Shown here piece after piece: positions 60,175 through 64,000 of a stretch of 64,000 bases of DNA. Made by a program: the position numbers and the translations under genes. How positions within the stretch are numbered: position 1 is the first letter of the stretch; every line of letters starts with the position of its first letter. The stretch spans positions 40,999 to 104,998 of the forward strand of contig JBHJGN010000044.1 of assembly GCA_050331735.1 (NCBI GenBank). The letters are read 5' to 3'. The notes beneath the pieces were generated by a model, which was given only the letters and a program-made list of their open reading frames with translations, had not been told where the DNA came from and ran no database searches. The DNA comes from Cyanophyceae cyanobacterium. GTDB lineage: Bacteria > Cyanobacteriota > Cyanobacteriia > Cyanobacteriales > JBHJGN01.

Positions 60175-60314
60175 CCGAAAGTAGTCAGATAGTTCCCAAA
60201 CTAACCAACAATTGGAGGTTCAAGGGCAAAGAGCTGCTGTGCTTCCCTTTCCCCTTTACCCCTTCCCCTTTCCCCCAACTCATCAAGTCTCCGATTACTT
60301 TTTCTAATTGGTAT
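60175..60314. repeat. Left copy of a ~140-bp inverted repeat
   Basis: Reverse complement of 63860-64000, with about 7 differences by hand alignment. Confidence 0.92.
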
Positions 60315-60395
60315 TAGTTGATGAGAGCCGGACAAAAAAGGATTAAAGTATTGGCTAGAAACTCTTTCCTGTCGTTCGCTCGCCCGGTACCAACA

Positions 60396-63005
60396 ATGCG
60401 AAGCCATTTTTTCTCCCGCGTCCGTCGTCCTCTCTTCGCTCTATTTCTCGGTAGCCTCGCGTTTTGTCTTTGGGTCGGTCAGATACCGAGTGAACCTTAT
60501 CTCTTGAAGGCAGCGATCGCTCGTCCCGATGCCAGTAGCCTAGTGCAACAGGGCGTTCAGCTCTACCAGGTGGGAGATTTACCAGGGGCGATCGCCCAGT
60601 GGCAAGCGGCCCTCAAGATGTACCACGACACCCAAAACCTCACCAACGAGACCGTTGTGCTCGAAAATCTGGCGAGGGCGTATCAGCAGATGGGGCAAAC
60701 CAATCAGGCGATCGACTATTGGGAACAGGCGATCGCCAACTCTCGCCAGCTCGATAACTGGCAGCACGTTGGTCGCGCTCTCACTGAACAGGCCCAAGCC
60801 TACAGCCGCATCGGTCAGCAAAGACAGGCGATCGCTCTGTTGTGTGGTGACGGTGACGAGTGCGCTCCCAAAAGTGCGGTGCAAATTGCCCGCGAGCAAC
60901 AGGATCGTTTAGGCCAAGCAGCGGCACTGGGGAGCCTTGGAGAAGCGACTCGTCTGCGGGGAGACTATTCAAGAGCGCTCAAGTCGCTACAGGACAGCTT
61001 GAAAATTGCTAAAAAGATTCAGAATCGGCAGCTACAGGCCTCAGCCCTCAATAGCTTGGGGAATACCACCAGCAACTTAGCCCGGGTCAACGAGCGTCGC
61101 GCAGAATCAGCTCAGCAAATTGGGGAGATTGAGCAAGCCCGTCAGTTTCAAGAAACAGCAACCCGCCAAAATGACCAAGCTTTGCAGTATTTTCAGGAGA
61201 GTCTTGACCTCGCTCAAGCCCAAAACAACCCAGTGGGACAGATGCGATCGCTCCTCAATGCGATTCCCCTTTATTATCGCCAAGGCGCGAACCGAGCCGC
61301 CGCCCAAACTGTCCGGCAGGCTAGAGCTGTGCTCGATGAATTACCCCCAACTCGGGAAAAAGTCTATGCCGCCATTGACTTAACAAATCAGCTTCAGTCC
61401 GGCGGCTCTCCCACTCAATGCCTCAAGCCAGAATTCCACCCTATCGCGAGCGCTCTTTTGCAGCAGGCGACCTCTATTGCCGAGCAGCTTGCAGACGACC
61501 GCGCCCTTTCTTTTGCCCTTGGAGAACGGGGCCATTTTTATGAGTGTCGCCAAGACTACGAGCAAGCCCTCTCCTTTACCCGGCAAGCTCGCTGGGCCGC
61601 CGAGCAAGACCTGTTGGCGGCGGATAGCCTGTATCGGTGGGAATGGCAAACTGGACGTATCCTGATCGCGCAGGGACACGCCTCTGAGGCTATTGGGGCT
61701 TATGAACAGGCGATCGCCACTTTAGAAAGCATTCGAGACGATTTGCTAGCGGCCAATCGAGAGCTCCAGTTTGACTTTCGCGATACCGTGGAGCCAATTT
61801 ATCGAGAGTTAATGGCTCTCAAACTAGAGACAGTTTCATCTCCCTTTACCCAAGCAACCGCCGATACCAGGACTCAACTCACCTCCGTTCTGGAAACGGC
61901 TGATTCTCTGAAGCTTGCCGAGCTGCAAAACTATTTTGGAGACGAGTGTGACCTGAGAGGACTAGAGCGCGCCAGCATTGATGTTGCTGGAACAGAAATG
62001 GATACGGCTGTTTTTAGCTCGATTATTTTAGATGAGCAGACGGCCATTATCGTTAGTTTTCCAGACGGTCGTAAGCAAGTTTCCCAGGTTCCTGTCGACC
62101 GGGAGACCCTCAGAGAAGAAGTGAATCAGTTTCGCCTGGGCTTAGAACGCTTTTTTGACCAATATCGTCCCCAACAGGCTCAGAAACTTTATAACTGGTT
62201 GATTCGTCCGTTTGAAGACGAGCTAGCACAGGCCCAGATCCAAACGCTCGTCTTCGCCCAGGATGGAATTCTCCGCAGCGTCCCGATGGCGGCACTCCAC
62301 GACGGCGAGCAATTTCTGATTCAGAAATATGCCGTTGCCACCATCCCGAGCTTGAGCCTCACCGTTCCTCGTCCTCTCGAGCGTCAAGAGCTGCGGGCAC
62401 TGGCTTTGGGTCTATCAGAAAGCGTCACGATCGACGGTCGTGGCTATCCGCCTCTGCCCTACGTCCGTCAAGAAATCAACCAGCTACAGCAGCTTTTAGA
62501 AGGCAGTAAGCCTTTGCTTAATGAAGAGTTTACCCCTCAGCGCCTCCAACAGGAATTAGGAGAGAATGCTTACCCCGTGATTCACATCGCCACTCACGGG
62601 GTATTTGGAATTGTTCCTGAAGATACGTTCCTCGTGACGGGCAGTCAAGAAAAGCTGACGATTAGTGAACTCGATGATTTGCTGCGCCGTACCTCTCCAG
62701 GGGATGAGCCGATTGAGCTGCTGACCTTAACGGCTTGTCAAACTGCGATCGGAGACGAACGCTCGGCGCTAGGGTTAGCGGGGGTTGCCCTACAGGCGGG
62801 AGCCAAAAGTGCTCTGGCCTCCCTGTGGTCGATTGAAGATGCCGCCACGGCCCAGATGGCTGAGCGATTCTATCGCGGTTTGAGCGATCCCAACCTCAAT
62901 AGAGCTCAGGCGCTGCAACAAGCGCAAGTCACGCTCATTGAGGAAGGAGAGTACGCTCACCCGGCCTACTGGGCGCCGTACATCTTGATTGGTAACTGGC
63001 TGTAG
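60396..63005 (+). CDS. TPR + CHAT (caspase HetF-associated) domain protein, probably exported
   Basis: Hydrophobic N-terminus, TPR repeats, LAELQNYF, CHAT dyad IHIATHG / LTACQTA, HPAYWAPYILIGNWL. Confidence 0.92.
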   Translation: MRSHFFSRVRRPLFALFLGSLAFCLWVGQIPSEPYLLKAAIARPDASSLVQQGVQLYQVGDLPGAIAQWQAALKMYHDTQNLTNETVVLENLARAYQQMGQTNQAIDYWEQAIANSRQLDNWQHVGRALTEQAQAYSRIGQQRQAIALLCGDGDECAPKSAVQIAREQQDRLGQAAALGSLGEATRLRGDYSRALKSLQDSLKIAKKIQNRQLQASALNSLGNTTSNLARVNERRAESAQQIGEIEQARQFQETATRQNDQALQYFQESLDLAQAQNNPVGQMRSLLNAIPLYYRQGANRAAAQTVRQARAVLDELPPTREKVYAAIDLTNQLQSGGSPTQCLKPEFHPIASALLQQATSIAEQLADDRALSFALGERGHFYECRQDYEQALSFTRQARWAAEQDLLAADSLYRWEWQTGRILIAQGHASEAIGAYEQAIATLESIRDDLLAANRELQFDFRDTVEPIYRELMALKLETVSSPFTQATADTRTQLTSVLETADSLKLAELQNYFGDECDLRGLERASIDVAGTEMDTAVFSSIILDEQTAIIVSFPDGRKQVSQVPVDRETLREEVNQFRLGLERFFDQYRPQQAQKLYNWLIRPFEDELAQAQIQTLVFAQDGILRSVPMAALHDGEQFLIQKYAVATIPSLSLTVPRPLERQELRALALGLSESVTIDGRGYPPLPYVRQEINQLQQLLEGSKPLLNEEFTPQRLQQELGENAYPVIHIATHGVFGIVPEDTFLVTGSQEKLTISELDDLLRRTSPGDEPIELLTLTACQTAIGDERSALGLAGVALQAGAKSALASLWSIEDAATAQMAERFYRGLSDPNLNRAQALQQAQVTLIEEGEYAHPAYWAPYILIGNWL

Positions 63006-63017
63006 TCCGGTTGGCTC

Positions 63018-63782
63018 TCAGCGCGAACTACTGCGATAAATGAGGGGGCCGTTGGTCTCGATAATTTGTTTGAGTTTATCGTGTTGGCTATCGTTAGCCG
63101 CTCTGGCTTCTAGGGCGGCTAAATCTGCCAGCAGCGTACGCTGAAACTCTCTGGTCGTTGCTCCATCGGCTGCCTCTAAAGCTTCGCCGAGAGCATCGTA
63201 CCAAAAACCCGATTCAGCGTAAAGATTGGCTCTGGCCAAAGCATCATCAGTAGTAGAGAGGGCTTCTGCAAGAGCGCTGGGCTGTTCGACAACATCAATA
63301 TCGGCCTCTGCGACGAGAGCGCTCGAGGGGCGGTTGGGGTTACATAAAATGACGACCTGCCAGCGGTAGCTGCCAGACGGCAATCCCGGCTGGTCTTCTG
63401 GAAGAGACAGCACCATCATCCCCGGCTGACTCTGCAACGGCACGGTTTGGATTCTGGTGCGATCGCCACTGGCGTCGTATCGGTCGAGCCGGAATTCCAG
63501 CGGATAGGACTGGGAGTCGGGAACAAACCAAGCGAAGGTCGGGTGAGGGGAGCCGGTTTGGCCAACGTGGCTAGAAGGAGCGAGGGCCGTGAGCGACGTT
63601 TCGGCGCTGCCGTCACATCCGCCTCGGCTCACGGTGCCGGTTGTCCGTCCCGTAGGAGGTTTTTGGTCAGCGGGTGGTCGATATTCAGCTCGAACAACGG
63701 TGGCGACCGCCAGGGCGCCAGTCAGAACACAGCTCGCTACGAGTTTGCTATCGAAGCATTTTTTGAGAATTTGGATGAGCAT
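63018..63782 (-). CDS. DUF928 domain protein
   Basis: Signal peptide; SRGGC, LTALAP..HVGQT..HPTFAWFVP, YRWQV.ILC, YAESGFWYDAL. Confidence 0.9.
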   Translation of the reverse strand: MLIQILKKCFDSKLVASCVLTGALAVATVVRAEYRPPADQKPPTGRTTGTVSRGGCDGSAETSLTALAPSSHVGQTGSPHPTFAWFVPDSQSYPLEFRLDRYDASGDRTRIQTVPLQSQPGMMVLSLPEDQPGLPSGSYRWQVVILCNPNRPSSALVAEADIDVVEQPSALAEALSTTDDALARANLYAESGFWYDALGEALEAADGATTREFQRTLLADLAALEARAANDSQHDKLKQIIETNGPLIYRSSSR

Positions 63783-63859
63783 GATGGTTCCTCAATTGCT
63801 TTGATTAACAAAATAATAGGATAAGCGTCAAGTTCTCACCCGCGGTCAGTGCCAATCTC

Positions 63860-64000
63860 ATACCAATTAGAAAAAGTAATAGGAGACTTGATGAGTTGGG
63901 GGAAAGGGGAAGGGGTCAAGGGGAAAGGGAAGCACAGCAGCTCTTTGCCCTTGAACCTCCAATGCTTGGTGAGTTTAAGGAACTATCTGACTACTTTCGG
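63860..64000. repeat. Right copy of the ~140-bp inverted repeat (runs to the window edge)
   Basis: ATACCAATTAGAAAAAGTAAT...CTATCTGACTACTTTCGG mirrors 60175-60314. Confidence 0.92.

Noticed and set aside
59862..60407. Short ORFs of 61, 61 and 68 aa
   Set aside because: No recognisable motifs. The 60201-60407 ORF largely translates the repeat element.

Overview
Cyanobacterial chromosomal segment. Evidence: dozens of HIP1 GCGATCGC octamers, psaM, ccmK3/K4, GUN4, Uma2, DUF4278 and CHAT/DUF928 genes. Most of the window is housekeeping: serS, ddl, ndk, mnmE, pdhC, aas, gcvP/gcvH, cobA-hemD, pstS, tmk, cobD and HU. The notable accessory signals are as follows. (1) An AT-rich, HIP1-free Type II restriction-modification island (44.3-47.1 kb). 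Its m4C methyltransferase is intact, the endonuclease has an in-frame TAG, the controller (C) gene has a 1-nt frameshift, and C-boxes precede both transcription units. (2) A >=140-bp inverted repeat bracketing the CHAT-protease/DUF928 pair at the window end. (3) A REP/MITE-like palindromic element placed directly behind stop codons. (4) A tandem pair of Pro-rich proteins with TonB-like anchors and a shared, unnamed C-terminal domain, downstream of a Pho-box-led pstS. (5) A response regulator-thioredoxin reductase / cNMP histidine kinase operon followed by an orphan dndE. (6) A ptxD remnant, an orphan higA, and a DUF4278/PirA-like pair with an NtcA-type site. (7) Several candidate structured RNAs. 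I saw no rRNA, tRNA, CRISPR array or transposase. All protein calls are motif recognition from memory, not database searches.
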